DNA of 64,000 bases from an uncultured archaeon (GCA_963810275.1 CAWENF010000019.1:32001-96000), one strand, 5' to 3'. Counted from the first letter of the stretch, positions 10,863-22,565 are shown. The notes: generated by a model not told the origin, from the sequence alone. Program-made: numbers and translations.

Positions 10863-11408
10863 ATGGAAATGAGCGAAAATAAAGATGTTTATGCCCATGC
10901 GAAAAGCCAAATGCGGCTTTCCGAGAAAATCGCCGCTGCGCTGCCTGGGTTCCGCGGGTACAAAGAAAAGGAGCTCCGCCGCGAATCAGACAAACTTTTA
11001 CGCACTCATCTTTACATAAAACTAAGCAAAGCTAAAGATAACGTTAGAGATATTGCTCAGAAAATAAGCGATAAACGTTACTTCGACGTGATGGTTGAAA
11101 TGGACCGCCTAGTCGCCAAAACCGATACTATTGCCGAGAAAGTAAACCACGCCACATACGGGTACTCAGGCTTTTTCGACGCGGTTAAAATCAACGAAAC
11201 GAACCTTGACCGCATGATAGCCTACGACAACGGCTTAATCGATGAAGTCAACGCCCTTACAGACGCAATAGACACCCTCAAAGCGCATCTGTTGAGCGGG
11301 GATTTCAGTAACCTAAAAGACAAAATCCAAGGTATCGTTAACAAGCTTACTTTGCTTGATGAAACCTTTGATAAACGCCTAGAAGATATTGCAGGAGTGA
11401 CCGCATAA
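10863..11408 (+). CDS. Conserved alpha-helical hypothetical protein
   Basis: LPGFRGYKEKELRRESD and GYSGFFDAVK segments; its stop overlaps the next start (TAATG). Confidence 0.85.
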   Translation: MEMSENKDVYAHAKSQMRLSEKIAAALPGFRGYKEKELRRESDKLLRTHLYIKLSKAKDNVRDIAQKISDKRYFDVMVEMDRLVAKTDTIAEKVNHATYGYSGFFDAVKINETNLDRMIAYDNGLIDEVNALTDAIDTLKAHLLSGDFSNLKDKIQGIVNKLTLLDETFDKRLEDIAGVTA

Positions 11409-12391
11409 TGCCACAAGTACTTGAATGGACAAATGTAAAAGGAGAAGACATAGTTTACAGGCATCCAGAAGAAAACATCACATGGGGCGCCCAGCTAATT
11501 GTTAAAGAATTTGAGATTGCAGTGTTTTTCCGTGACGGAAAAGCCTACGATATATTCGGTCCTGGGCGCCACACCTTAACCACGCTCAACCTGCCCTTGC
11601 TAACTGGTTTGCTGACACGGCTGGCTGGTTTTGGCGGCAACAAACCCTTTAAAGCAACTGTCTTGTTTATCAGCACCAAAATCTTCGACGGAAAATGGGG
11701 CACAAGAGCACAAACCACCGAACTCGCACCACTACAAGTATATGGGCAGTTCTGGTTCAAAATAAAAGACACTACCCTATTCGTTAACCAAGTGGTCGGT
11801 GGACAGCAAGCCTTCACAACAAAAGGCGTCAACGACTTTCTCCGCGGTTTCCTAAACGAGAAAATCATTGACGAACTCAGCCACTACGACCTCTTAACTG
11901 TCTTCACACGCCTTGACGAAACCAGCGTAATCGTCAAAAACACCCTAATCGACTACTTTAAACGCGTCGGCATCGAACTAACTGACCTGCGTTTTGAAGG
12001 TATCGACACCACACCCGAGTATCGCGAACGACTCTTCTGGCTAAAAACAGGTCAAACTGCAGCCGGTGACGTGCTACGAATGGAAACAGTCAAATCCGCA
12101 GCTGCCAGCCTTGGACAAGGCGGAGGCGGCGCAGGAGCACTTGGAGCAGGTATGGTTCTGATCCCGCAGGTCATGAACCAGATGAGCGGGGCACCACAAG
12201 CGGCCCCCATAGCGGCACTGGTCATCTGCCCGAAATGCGGCGAAAAAGTGCCAGCCACCAGCAAGTTCTGCCCCAACTGCGGAACCAACCTCACACCCCC
12301 CAGTCAACAAGCCATGAAGTGCCCCAAATGTGGCAAATCAATCCCTGCCAACAGCAAATTCTGCCCTGAATGCGGACAAAAAATCGAGTAG
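11408..12391 (+). CDS. SPFH/Band-7 protein with double zinc ribbons (YdjI-like)
   Basis: QLIVKE...AVFFRDGK...FGPGRHTL, a Gly-rich linker and four CPxCG motifs. Confidence 0.92.
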   Translation: MPQVLEWTNVKGEDIVYRHPEENITWGAQLIVKEFEIAVFFRDGKAYDIFGPGRHTLTTLNLPLLTGLLTRLAGFGGNKPFKATVLFISTKIFDGKWGTRAQTTELAPLQVYGQFWFKIKDTTLFVNQVVGGQQAFTTKGVNDFLRGFLNEKIIDELSHYDLLTVFTRLDETSVIVKNTLIDYFKRVGIELTDLRFEGIDTTPEYRERLFWLKTGQTAAGDVLRMETVKSAAASLGQGGGGAGALGAGMVLIPQVMNQMSGAPQAAPIAALVICPKCGEKVPATSKFCPNCGTNLTPPSQQAMKCPKCGKSIPANSKFCPECGQKIE

Positions 12392-12407
12392 GGAGGGCAA
12401 ACAAGCT

Positions 12408-12752
12408 ATGAGTGGAGAAAACAGTCGATCGCTGCTGTCAATCGGCGTGTTCTTCATCACCATAGTGGTTGCTTTGCTGCTGTATTTGGCGGCTGTTGTA
12501 ACTGACTGGCTGCTGATTGTACCGTTGGTCATCATCTTCAATGGCTTGTGGTTCCTTGTGTTGGCCATTATACGCGTGGGTAGTACGGGGAAGTACGAAC
12601 GCAGCCCATTCAGCACTGCCGCAATAGGCTTAGTCGCCACCGCAGTTGGGGGAGCATGGTTCCTCTTCAGCTACAATTGGATATACTCGCTCATTGTGAT
12701 ACTACTGGTTGTTGCTGGGTTGGCAATCGCTGCAGCAATACAACACAAATAA
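12408..12752 (+). CDS. Four-TM membrane protein
   Basis: Hydrophobic ORF with a GGAGG RBS; last gene of the operon, followed by T-runs. Confidence 0.85.
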   Translation: MSGENSRSLLSIGVFFITIVVALLLYLAAVVTDWLLIVPLVIIFNGLWFLVLAIIRVGSTGKYERSPFSTAAIGLVATAVGGAWFLFSYNWIYSLIVILLVVAGLAIAAAIQHK

Positions 12753-13046
12753 CATTCACTTTTTTTAACATTTTTTCGAAGTTTCTGCATGCCTCACACC
12801 ACATCCGCAACTTTCAACATAGGAGCTATGTTGGCGTGTGCAAGAAAATCCCGGCACACAACTTCAGATAAATAAAAACACCCTGAACACAAAAAGCAGC
12901 CCCAGACACAATCAATCTTGTGGCGCTCGAGAAACAACACACCTACATAAAGGCAAAAAACAAATAGAAAACTAACCTCTCCAAAAGTTCTCCTCAGAAC
13001 ATTTTTTTATCTCCCTGTAATGCTAATCTGTCAGAAGGCAATCAGC

Positions 13047-14675
13047 ATGAGTGAAGAAATCGTCGGCATGGGCACATGGTACGACATGATGGCTAAGAAA
13101 GTCGTCGAAAGAGAGCAGTCATTAAAGAGGGATATGAGTCGAATACGCACTGAAATGGGACTAGGCGCATCTGGGTTCCCGCATATTGGCAGTTTAGGCG
13201 ATGCCAGCCGCAGCTATGCTGTCACTTTGGCTCTTAAAAACTTGGATTACAACTCGGAGCTTGTTGCCTTTTGCGACGACAAAGACGGACTGCGCAAGGT
13301 TCCCGCTGGGTTACCCGTCGATATGGCACAGAAGCTGGAAAAGCACCTCGGCTACTCCGTCTCCAGTATCCCCGACCCGTTTGGTTGCCACGAAAGCTAC
13401 GGCAAACACATGAGTTCCCTTCTGCTGGAGGCGCTTGACAGGTGTGGCATCCAATACCAATACTACAGCGCCAACGAGGTTTACAAGAATGGGCTACTTC
13501 TAAACGAAATCCGCACACTTCTAACTAACGCTAAACAAGTCGGCGAAATCATCAAGCAAGAAGTCGGGCAGGAAACATATGGCGAAGTACTACCATTTTT
13601 TGCGGTCTGCGAAAAATGCGGGCACCTATACACCACCCGAGCCTACAACTTCGATCCGAAAACCGACCGAGTCACTTACAAATGCGAAGGGCTAGAAATC
13701 CGCGGTAGAAGAATCTCAGGTTGCGGACACGAAGGCGAAGTCGACATCAAATCAGGCCAAGGCAAATTGACGTGGAAAAGCGAGTTCGCAGCAAGATGGC
13801 GCGCCCTTGACATCCGGTTTGAAGCCTACGGAAAAGACATCGCTGACTCAGTGCGCATAAACGACCGTATTTGCCGCGAGGTCTCAGAGTTCGAGCCGCC
13901 CAACCACGCCAAATATGAAATGTTTCTGGACAAAGGAGGCAAAAAAATATCCAAATCAGCGGGTAATGTATTCACCCCGCAGGTCTGGTTCAACTACGGC
14001 TCCCCCCAATCCCTGCTTCTGCTTATGCTGAAACGCTTCGTGGGCACCCGCAGCCTCGACGTCTCGGACATCCCCAGCTATATGAACGAGTTGGATTACC
14101 TCGAAGACGTCTACTTCGGCAAAAAACAGGTCCCCGAGAAGGAAGCTGCCAAACTTAAGGGACTTTTTCAGTACTGCTACGTCCTCAAGCCCCCCGACAA
14201 ACCCAGCATCCACGTGCCCTACAATTTGATGGCGTTTCTGGTCAAGATGGCACCCAAAGACTCCGTAAAGGAATATGTTGCTGATATGCTGCAGAACTAT
14301 GGCTACCTGAACAAAGGTCAGGGTATTGACGCCGGGTTGCAGCAGCGCATCGAGTATGCGTTGAATTGGGTTGAGGACTTTGAGGAAATAAAGGAATCAA
14401 AGGTCGAACTCAAAGCGGAGGAACGCAAAGCCATTACAGACCTCCTCGCTAAACTTCAGGTTGAAGATGACGCGGACAAAATCCAAAACGCAATATTCAG
14501 CAGCGCCAAAGACAACGGAATAAAACCAGCCGCGATATTCCGGCTACTCTACCAGATTCTGATGGGTGCACCCCAAGGACCTCGCTTGGGACCGTACGTG
14601 CTGGCGATGGGCAAAGACAACGTCATCGCCGCGCTGCAAAGGACTCTTAGCTCGCAAGAAACCCAAGAGGAATAA
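13047..14675 (+). CDS. lysS: Lysine--tRNA ligase, class I
   Basis: SGFPHIGS, GKLTWK, FEAYGKD, KISKS and QGPRLG motifs. Confidence 0.97.
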   Translation: MSEEIVGMGTWYDMMAKKVVEREQSLKRDMSRIRTEMGLGASGFPHIGSLGDASRSYAVTLALKNLDYNSELVAFCDDKDGLRKVPAGLPVDMAQKLEKHLGYSVSSIPDPFGCHESYGKHMSSLLLEALDRCGIQYQYYSANEVYKNGLLLNEIRTLLTNAKQVGEIIKQEVGQETYGEVLPFFAVCEKCGHLYTTRAYNFDPKTDRVTYKCEGLEIRGRRISGCGHEGEVDIKSGQGKLTWKSEFAARWRALDIRFEAYGKDIADSVRINDRICREVSEFEPPNHAKYEMFLDKGGKKISKSAGNVFTPQVWFNYGSPQSLLLLMLKRFVGTRSLDVSDIPSYMNELDYLEDVYFGKKQVPEKEAAKLKGLFQYCYVLKPPDKPSIHVPYNLMAFLVKMAPKDSVKEYVADMLQNYGYLNKGQGIDAGLQQRIEYALNWVEDFEEIKESKVELKAEERKAITDLLAKLQVEDDADKIQNAIFSSAKDNGIKPAAIFRLLYQILMGAPQGPRLGPYVLAMGKDNVIAALQRTLSSQETQEE

Positions 14676-14782
14676 CCCCCTCCCTTTTCTTTAACGCTGA
14701 GCCTGTTTGCAACCACTAATTTTAAGTTTAGGCAACGTATTTACTTCTCTGCCCTAACGTTTTCCGTTGGGCAAGGCAGGGT

Positions 14783-14861
14783 GGGCCTGTTGTATAGTAC
14801 GGATTATTACACCGGCCTGCGGAGCCGGAGACCCTGGGTTCAAATCCCAGCGGGCCCGCCA
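14783..14861 (+). tRNA. tRNA-Arg (GCG), CCA encoded
   Basis: GGGCCTG/CGGGCCC acceptor stem, CCGGC-CTGCGGA-GCCGG anticodon arm and CTGGG-TTCAAAT-CCCAG T-arm. Confidence 0.97.
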
Positions 14862-15204
14862 CTCTTTTTGCATTTAGAGCTTGATTCATTCTCTGGATTA
14901 GCGTTACAATATTCGGTAACGGCGTTACTATTTTCTGCAATGCTAAACCCTACACCCTGAAGCAATATCGCCGACTCGCGCATTTGAGCGCTTTTTGCAG
15001 TCATTCGGTGACGCAGCATAAACTGGTGTGCTGCTGCTTTAAACTTTTTAGAGTAATTAAAAAATTCCAATTCCAGTTCAACTTTGCTTTACACTTATTT
15101 TTACAAAGAGACAAGAAGGTGCTGGTCTACTTAATTTCCATTATAAGAATTATACAGCGCTCGCGAGGCAAAATTTGAAAAAATAAAAAAAGGAAATTTG
15201 AAAA

Positions 15205-15986
15205 TTACTTACGGTTTCTAGAAGCATAAATTCCAAAGCCTATCAGCATAGCGACGATTACTACAACAGGGCAATAATTATCCATGTTTCAAAACTCATG
15301 CCACCATTGTTTTCTGTAGGTGTTGATGTTGGCGTTTGTGTTGGTTCAGTGGAACCTACTGGAACGAATATCGCTTGGTACGAAAACGTGGCTCCATATC
15401 CATGATTAACATTGTATGGGTTGTCAGTCGGGTTGAAATTAGCTGGTGCTGCACCGTGTCCAGTATCTACACCATAAATCGTCCAATGAGAGAATTTCCA
15501 GCCGTTGTTTGGCATCGCTGTTAAATCTAGATTTTCTGCGTTTGCCAGGGCATAAGTTCCGGCTGGAGGCATAGTTATTCCGCCAGCTGAAGGTAAAACG
15601 ACGACGATAGCAGCTGTGCTCAAATCTGTTGGCAAGGTTCCTCCAGGAACTGAAGAGGGAATAATAAATACAGGGGTAATAGTGTATGTAACTCCGCCTT
15701 TTACAGTGAAAACCAATGGATTATCATACATGACCAGATCACCTGAGCCGTCACTTGGTGAAACTACCCAACTCCCAAGCACAAATCCAAGGTCTGGCAT
15801 GGCATTAATTGTAACTGATGTTCCATCTGAATATGTGTTAGTTCCCGTAATATCAGTAGTTCCATCTGCAGAATCTTGTATGATAACTGTAGCATCATCT
15901 TGCGCTCTAACTGTTGTAGTGCTGATGGCTGCTGTTAATATAAGTGCAAAAGTCATAGTCAAAACTAGAATTTTCATTTTAATCAT
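15205..15986 (-). CDS. Secreted, C-terminally anchored protein with two InlB-B-like repeats, frameshifted near 15262
   Basis: Signal peptide, two repeats (LTAMP..GWKFSHW...DNP type), a PT-rich linker, and a TM helix completed in the shifted frame (VVIVAMLIGFGIYASRNRK). Confidence 0.8.
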
Positions 15987-16293
15987 GTTAAAAATTCTCC
16001 GTTCATCCTTGCTTGATATTATTCACCGCTTACTTTATGAAAGCTTGTGGTTGTACCGCTACAAGAACAATTGTGACCGGAATATGCTTCCACTTTTTAG
16101 GTATAGGGCTAGCTAACAATAGAGAATTAAACTTCAAACACCAAAAATATCAACAATACACATCATCTGGTTTAGCAGAAACAAAACACGCAAATGATTT
16201 CCAGCAGGTACTTAGCAGTGAGCAATTGGAAAACCACTGTGGAGTATTAATTGTCTTCTAAATACCGCAAGCAACCGATAACCTCAACTTACA

Positions 16294-16380
16294 GACAGAC
16301 CTGGAGATAGTATTTGGTGGTCCAGATAATGGTGGTAGATGGCGTGAAAAGCACAAATCTCAGCCTTCTCCAGGTCTGTC
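16294..16380 (+). ncRNA. Candidate structured RNA or inverted-repeat element
   Basis: Perfect 14-bp inverted repeat GACAGACCTGGAGA/TCTCCAGGTCTGTC enclosing two smaller hairpins. Confidence 0.4.
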
Positions 16381-16460
16381 ACGTCCTTGTCAATGGTTAC
16401 AAACCTATCAAAGTATAGAATAAATAGAAAACCCAAATGATTCTGCCGCTTACGCGACAA

Positions 16461-17133
16461 TCAGTCTGTTAGTTTTTTAAGTAACTCACCGTTTCCTTTT
16501 TTAGGTCCTATTCTAAGATTCATAAAACTCGCTACTCTTGTCAGTTTTTCCGCGCTAACTTTTGAGGACAACCATTTTTTAGAAACTAACAACACGAGAA
16601 CCACGTTAACAGCTATCAGGTAGGTGGGGAAAGCGACTTCAGCAAACCGGATGGTAGCTGCGGCTAGAAAGCTTGTCATAGGGGCGAATAGGCCGATTAC
16701 GAAAGGGCCAGATGGATTCTGTTTGTGGGCTGTGGTGGGATTTTAGTATGGTTGGCACGGCAGCTAACCCATCGCTTACAATTGCTAATATTATCGCGAC
16801 ATCTGGGTTGTTGGTTACATACCAGAGCACCAGCGCCACTGCTGAGAGCGCACCGCAGAGTAAATCAAAAGAGGTCTGCTTCCAGTATGCTTCTCTGCTC
16901 AGAAAGGATGAAATGAAAATTAGAAACGGACAGAATCCTGACATAAACACTGGTAACACTGCCCAACCTACACCTTCTGAAACAGCCGCTGACGTCGCTA
17001 TGAACGGAGCCACGGACCACATGAACCAAGTAACACGGTTGGGTTTGGTTTCTCCGTGAAACATGCTTCGGATGTAGACTAAGGCGGCTGCTAGTGAGGC
17101 GGCGGCTGCGACAAAAACAAGGTACTCATACAC
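16461..17133 (-). CDS. PQ-loop-like membrane protein, frameshifted near 16702
   Basis: TKPNRVTW and PTILKS..P.TES repeats. Two ORFs join on removal of one base. Confidence 0.8.
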
Positions 17134-17280
17134 TTTGGTGATCCTTCTTTTTATGGAAAAGGTTTAGTGGGAGAGCTAAAAGGTTTCGGACCACTTTTTG
17201 AAAGAAAGGAGGTGGTTGGCGGCAAAGAAAGGTGTGCAAACTGCCTTTTGCACTATAAAGTAAGATAAAAATAAAATGGT

Positions 17281-17520
17281 TTAGCTAAGCCATTTTAAAG
17301 GTATATCTTGGAAGGTACCGTCCGGTAGTGTTCTGCGAATCGTGATCGGCAGTATGCCAACATCTAGCTCAGTTACGGCGATGTCTATGGGGTTTGTGTT
17401 TTCTTCTGCATCAACCAAGATTGGTGCTCCCATCGAGATCTGCAATGCGCGAGCGCCGACTATGCGTGCCTTCTCGAAGCGAGTGATTTTAGGGGGTCCT
17501 ACATTGACTTTTTGCTGCAT
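17281..17520 (-). CDS. rpoK: RNA polymerase subunit Rpo6
   Basis: [21 protein letters not shown] motif. Confidence 0.98.
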   Translation of the reverse strand: MQQKVNVGPPKITRFEKARIVGARALQISMGAPILVDAEENTNPIDIAVTELDVGILPITIRRTLPDGTFQDIPLKWLS

Positions 17521-17523
17521 GTT

Positions 17524-19191
17524 CTACATCATTCCTGGCATGCCACCCATACCCATTCCGCCGGGCATTCCTCCTCCTGGTGGCATTGGAGGAGCCTTCA
17601 TCTTAGCAACGCTTATGACGTCATCGATCTTTAGAATCATTGATGCTGCTTCAGTTGCGGACTTTATTATTTGCTTCTTTACAGAAAGCGGCTCGTAAAT
17701 GTTAATTTTGGTCATGTCAGAGACTTTGCCTTCGGCTATGTTGATTCCAGCCCAAGTTTGGCCTTTCTCATGAGCTGCACGAAGCTTAGTCAATAAATCC
17801 ACAGGGTCTAAACCTGCGTTCTCCGCGATGGCGATAGCTATTTCTTCAAGCGACTCCGCATAGATGCGCACGGCAAACTGTTCTCTGCCTGAGAGTGTCT
17901 GGGCATACTTTTTGAGGACACCTGCGATTTCCATTTCGGGTGCTGCGCCGCCTGCAACTACTTTGGGTTCTTCAATGAGGTCTTTTATGACGCATAACGC
18001 GTCGTGGATGCTGCGTTCGGCTTCGGCTGTAAAGCGCTGGTTGGCGCCTCTGATTAGAAGCGTGACTGACTTTGGATTTTTGCAGCCCTCAATGTAGGTC
18101 ATTTTGTCATCGCCTGTTTTGCGTTCCTCAACTAGAGCGGCTGTACCGAGGTCGTTTTTGGTGAGGGCGTCGATATTTTGCACGATTTTGCCGCCTGTAG
18201 CTTTGGAAAGCTTTTCCATATCAGATTTTTTGGCTCTGCGGATAGCAACTATGCCTTTGCGTGCCATGAAGTGCTGTGCCATGTCATCTATGCCTTTCTG
18301 GCAGATAACGACGTTTGCACCCGAAGCGGCGACTTTTTCAATCATGGCTTTAAGCATGGCTTCCTCCTGATTTAGGAAGGCTTCAATTTGGTCGGGGCTT
18401 TCAATGTTTAGTTTAGTATCAAACTCTGGTTTCTCATTTTCCAGTGAAACGTCAAGAAGCGCTATTTTGGCTTTCTCCACGCGTTTTGGCATTCCACTGT
18501 GCACGATTTCCTTGTCAAGCACAATTCCGCTTATGAGTTTGGTGTCTGCTATTGATTCGCCTGCTTTCTTCTCCACTTTCACATCGTCGACATCTGCCTT
18601 ATACCCCTCCGCAGTTTTCTCTGCGACGGCAAGCATGGCTTTGACGGCTATTTCTGATAGGTACTCTTTGTGTTCAGAAACTATTTTGCTGCCCATGCTG
18701 GTTACGGCGACTTTGATTAGGTATTCTTTTTTTGTTGGGTCAATTTTTATAGCGATTTTATCAAGTGTCTCAAGGGCTTTTTGTTGCGATAGTTTGTAGC
18801 CTTCGATGATTATGATCGGATGTATGTTTCGATTTATAAGTTCCTCGGACTTTGCAAGGAGTTCTCCTGCGACTATGACGCTGCTGGTTGTGCCGTCGCC
18901 TGCTTCTTTATCCTGTGTTTTTGCGACTTCAACCATCATCTTCGCGGCTGGATGCTGAATGTCCATTTCGTCTAGGATTGTTTTTCCGTCGTTTGTGATT
19001 GTGACGTCTCCGAAGTTGTCCACGAGCATTTTATCCATGCCTTTTGGGCCTAGTGAGCTTCGGACGGATTCAGCTACAACTTTGGCGGCTGTTATGTTCC
19101 CATGTTGGGCGTCTCTTCCACGGTTGCGTTTGGTGCCTTCTTTGAGAACCATTATAGGTATTCCGCCTGCTTGTGTAGGTGCTGCTGACAA
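17524..19191 (-). CDS. ths: Thermosome (group II chaperonin) subunit
   Basis: [20 protein letters not shown] and a GGM-rich tail. Confidence 0.98.
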   Translation of the reverse strand: MSAAPTQAGGIPIMVLKEGTKRNRGRDAQHGNITAAKVVAESVRSSLGPKGMDKMLVDNFGDVTITNDGKTILDEMDIQHPAAKMMVEVAKTQDKEAGDGTTSSVIVAGELLAKSEELINRNIHPIIIIEGYKLSQQKALETLDKIAIKIDPTKKEYLIKVAVTSMGSKIVSEHKEYLSEIAVKAMLAVAEKTAEGYKADVDDVKVEKKAGESIADTKLISGIVLDKEIVHSGMPKRVEKAKIALLDVSLENEKPEFDTKLNIESPDQIEAFLNQEEAMLKAMIEKVAASGANVVICQKGIDDMAQHFMARKGIVAIRRAKKSDMEKLSKATGGKIVQNIDALTKNDLGTAALVEERKTGDDKMTYIEGCKNPKSVTLLIRGANQRFTAEAERSIHDALCVIKDLIEEPKVVAGGAAPEMEIAGVLKKYAQTLSGREQFAVRIYAESLEEIAIAIAENAGLDPVDLLTKLRAAHEKGQTWAGINIAEGKVSDMTKINIYEPLSVKKQIIKSATEAASMILKIDDVISVAKMKAPPMPPGGGMPGGMGMGGMPGMM

Positions 19192-19813
19192 ATCTTATAA
19201 ACCTCCATTAATGCGAACAACAACATGACATCCTTAAGAATATAAGTATTTCTAGGAAACGCATAGCTATGTGGACAAATAGCAGGCATTTGAAGTCCAA
19301 AAACCAAGTTTTTTTGTTGTGGTGATAGAAGAGTCTGCGTGCACAACTACTTCTGGAATTTTGTGAGGCGGCTGCTTTTTGTGTTCGTTTATTTCTTTGT
19401 CTATTTTGGTATAACAGCAACTTTTTCTATTTAGATTCTTCATAGAAAACACTGATTGTTCTGTGGCATATGGCACTATGCAGAGCCTGCCTAAAAGTGA
19501 GGCTATTCGAACACCATTAATCAAAACGGGTTCTATAATTAATAGAAAAACAAACAATTAGTAAACCCTCCACTATATTTCCTAGAAACATAAAAAAAGA
19601 AAAGAGAAGTAGTCGTTTACAATCCGGCAGCTAAAAAAGCCACGGCAACAGATAATAACAAGATTTTTATGTTCAGCTCATTTTACCTCACCTATACTAT
19701 GGGTGGTTGGTTTGGATGTTGACTTAAACAAAAATCAAACAAAACCAAGAAACAATTGTCTATAGAAAGAGAATCATTTCAGGCTTATTCACGGATGATT
19801 GAGCTTCTGCACT

Positions 19814-20294
19814 TCAAGTGATTTTTTCCAATTTGCAATGTGCTTGAGCTAAGGTTTTCTGGATTTGTTTCCAATGCGCACCTTGCCAGTAAATTTGTCC
19901 GCAGTTTGGGCACCTATAGAATTGTCTGTAGTAGCGGTAAGTTTTCGGTCGCAACTTGTCTTCTAGCGCCTCTCTGGATATAGCTTTCACGGGCGTGTTG
20001 CAGATTGGGCACCGCATATTTTTCATGTCGATTTCCAGTGGGAACCCGAATCTGGCTGAGACTTCGGCTAGGCGGCTTGACTGGGTTTTGCCCGCAACAT
20101 AAAACGCCTCTAAGCCTCTTCTGAGGGCCCGGCGGTAAAGCTCTAAATCCCGTTGTCAATAGCACACGCGTTTCAGCTTTGGCCAAGCGTTGCAGCTCAT
20201 CATCGCCTAACTTGGTCGAGTAGGCAACATCATGTCCCATCATGCGTAGCCAACGTGCAAGAGTACCAAGCATCGCATCCAGCAGAAACTTCAA
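19814..20294 (-). CDS. Mut7-C RNase domain protein, frameshifted near 20155
   Basis: DAMLGTLARWLR, RCPICN and CPNCGQIYWQGAHW motifs. Confidence 0.9.
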
Positions 20295-21635
20295 GTTGTG
20301 CCTCCCCGCACAACTACTCCTGCTCCGCCTTTGGCGACAACTTCTCCTTCCTCGAAAACCACTGTACCGCCGACTATGGTCTTGTCGATTCTACCCCAGA
20401 GTTCCCACCCGTTGTAAGGGCTGAACTTGGCTTTGGACTTGAATTTGGATGCGTCAACCTTTACCTTGCAGTAATCCACTATAGTTAAGTCTGCAGTTTT
20501 ACCTTCCTCAATTTTCCCCCGGTCGGCTAAACCAAAGATTTCCGCCGGCTTCTCTGCCAAGAGCGAGACAAGCTGCTCGATTGAGAGGTTACCTTCTTTA
20601 ACCATGCTAAGCATAAGCGGCAGGGTTACTTCTAAGCCGGGGATTCCAGGTTTTATCTCCCAGATGCTCCTTGCAGTCTTCTCCTCTAATGACGTGGGGG
20701 GCATGGTCACTGCCTAAGGTATCAATTATGCCATCATGTATGCCCTGCCATAGCGATTCAACGTTTGTTCGGTCACGTAGTGGAGGCGCCACTATGGCTA
20801 AGCCGCCGTATACCGCAATACGATTGTTTGTAAGCATCAGGTGGTTTGGGGTTACTTCGCAAGTAATCGAGGCGTCGGCTTTTTTCGCTTCTGTAATTAC
20901 CTCTAAGCTCTTGGCTGTAGATATGTGGAGGAAGTGCAGGTGGACATCGATTTTCTTTGAAAGTTCGAGGACGCGTTTGATGGCTTTAACTTCGGCTGCT
21001 TCATTGTGAACTCGCAGGTAGTCAGCCGCAGTGATTTTTTGAGCAGCTTTATACTGCTCCGCTCTGGCGGCGACGGCGGCGTGGTCTTCGGCATGAACCG
21101 CCAAGGGCAACCCTGTGTCACCGATGGCTTGGAGGGCTTCTTTTAGAGCTGCGTCGTCATCCACGTTTACCCCACCCATCTGAGTATCCATAAACAGTTT
21201 GAAACCCACTGAGCCTTTCTCAGCGATGGCTTTGATTTCAGGCAACGTTTTTGGCAGCTCAGAGTAGAAGCCCACGTTGACAAAAATCCGTCTCTGCGCA
21301 AGCTCAATACGATTGCTCAAAGTCTTTGCACTCATAGTGACGGGCATGTTGTTTGGCATGTCCAATACAGTAGTGAACCCCCCTGCCGCAGCCGCCGAGG
21401 TCCCCGACATGAAGTCTTCCTTGTTCGCCTTGCCTTCGTCGCGCAGATGAACGTGCTCGTCAATTAAGCCGGGTAAGACGAGAAGATTGTGAAGGTCTGT
21501 TTTTTGGTCGGCCTTCGGCATGTGGGTTTCTCTGCCGACTTTAGCTATTTTGCCGTCTTCCATGGATATGGCGCAATCCACGATTTCGCCTTTGAAGTAT
21601 GCTTTTGCGTTGAGAAGCACGGAGTCAACAATCAC
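20291..21635 (-). CDS. pyrC: Dihydroorotase-family amidohydrolase, frameshifted near 20690
   Basis: HVHLRD, GGFTTVLDMPN, CEVTPNHL, SDHAPH and GIPGLE motifs. Confidence 0.88.
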
Positions 21636-21983
21636 TTTAATTCACGTCCATAGTGTAGAAAATAGTCTGTAATAAGTTTCATAGTTCCAAGCAAAAAACT
21701 TAACTGAATGCAAAGAAATATTTGCACAAGAGAAGGGATGCATATTAAAAAACAAAAAAATTAACAGGTTTTCAGAGATGTTCCTTCTCTTTATCTTGCG
21801 CCCCGTGGTTTACTCTAAATCTTCTTTTCTCGCCAAAGTAGCTTTATCCCTCTACGGGTTGATTCACAGCGTAACGGTGGTTTCCAGCAAGAGGTTCAGC
21901 GCATTAAAAAGCCTGCTGAACTACACGGCAGCCATAACACAGAAAAAGCTTGAGGCAAAAGACCAGAGATGAAGGAAGAAAAA

Positions 21984-22565
21984 TTATTCTTCTTGTTCAA
22001 GCTCGATTCTGCATTCGTCACAGATGTTTTGCCCGTCGACTTCTAGGAGGCTATCGGAGTAGGCTTCGCAACGGTCACAGTAACCCGACATGGGACTCGC
22101 ATCAACTTCCGTAATAGCACATTCGCCTTCTTCGATTCGCTGGTGCTCTTGCATAATCTCCAACAACTCAGGCATAACACCCAAGATGTCTTTACTGGTT
22201 ATGATACCAACTAGGTTTCCCTTATAGGTAACGCCAAGTCTTCTAATGTCAAGCCGAGTCATTCTTCTAGCGGCGTCGCTTATAGTGGCTTCCGGCTCAA
22301 TGGTGACCAGCGGAGTAGTCATAGCGTCTCTTGCTTTCACGGTATCTGGTTTGAGGTTTTTAGCAACAACCCGTTTGACGAGGTCACGTTCAGTGATTAT
22401 GCCGATGGAGTTTCCGGATTTGTTCTGCACGATAACAGCACCCAAGTCTTTCATATCCATGTTTTCAGCGGCGGTGTTACTCGTTTCGTCCTCGTCAATA
22501 GTGATGACTGGACTGCTCATGATGTCTCTGACTATCATTTTAGGTCTCAAACCGAGTTCAGACAT
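21984..22565 (-). CDS. CBS-pair protein with C-terminal zinc finger
   Basis: GIITERD and GIITSKD CBS motifs; GYCDRC...CDEC. Confidence 0.92.
   Translation of the reverse strand: MSELGLRPKMIVRDIMSSPVITIDEDETSNTAAENMDMKDLGAVIVQNKSGNSIGIITERDLVKRVVAKNLKPDTVKARDAMTTPLVTIEPEATISDAARRMTRLDIRRLGVTYKGNLVGIITSKDILGVMPELLEIMQEHQRIEEGECAITEVDASPMSGYCDRCEAYSDSLLEVDGQNICDECRIELEQEE

Noticed and set aside
14728-15070. Minus-strand ORFs running into tRNA-Arg as a split integrase
   Set aside because: There are no tyrosine-recombinase motifs. GPLGFEP-type peptides are the usual antisense shadow of tRNA genes.
17524-17600. GGM/PPGG low-complexity repeat
   Set aside because: This is the normal chaperonin C-terminal tail.
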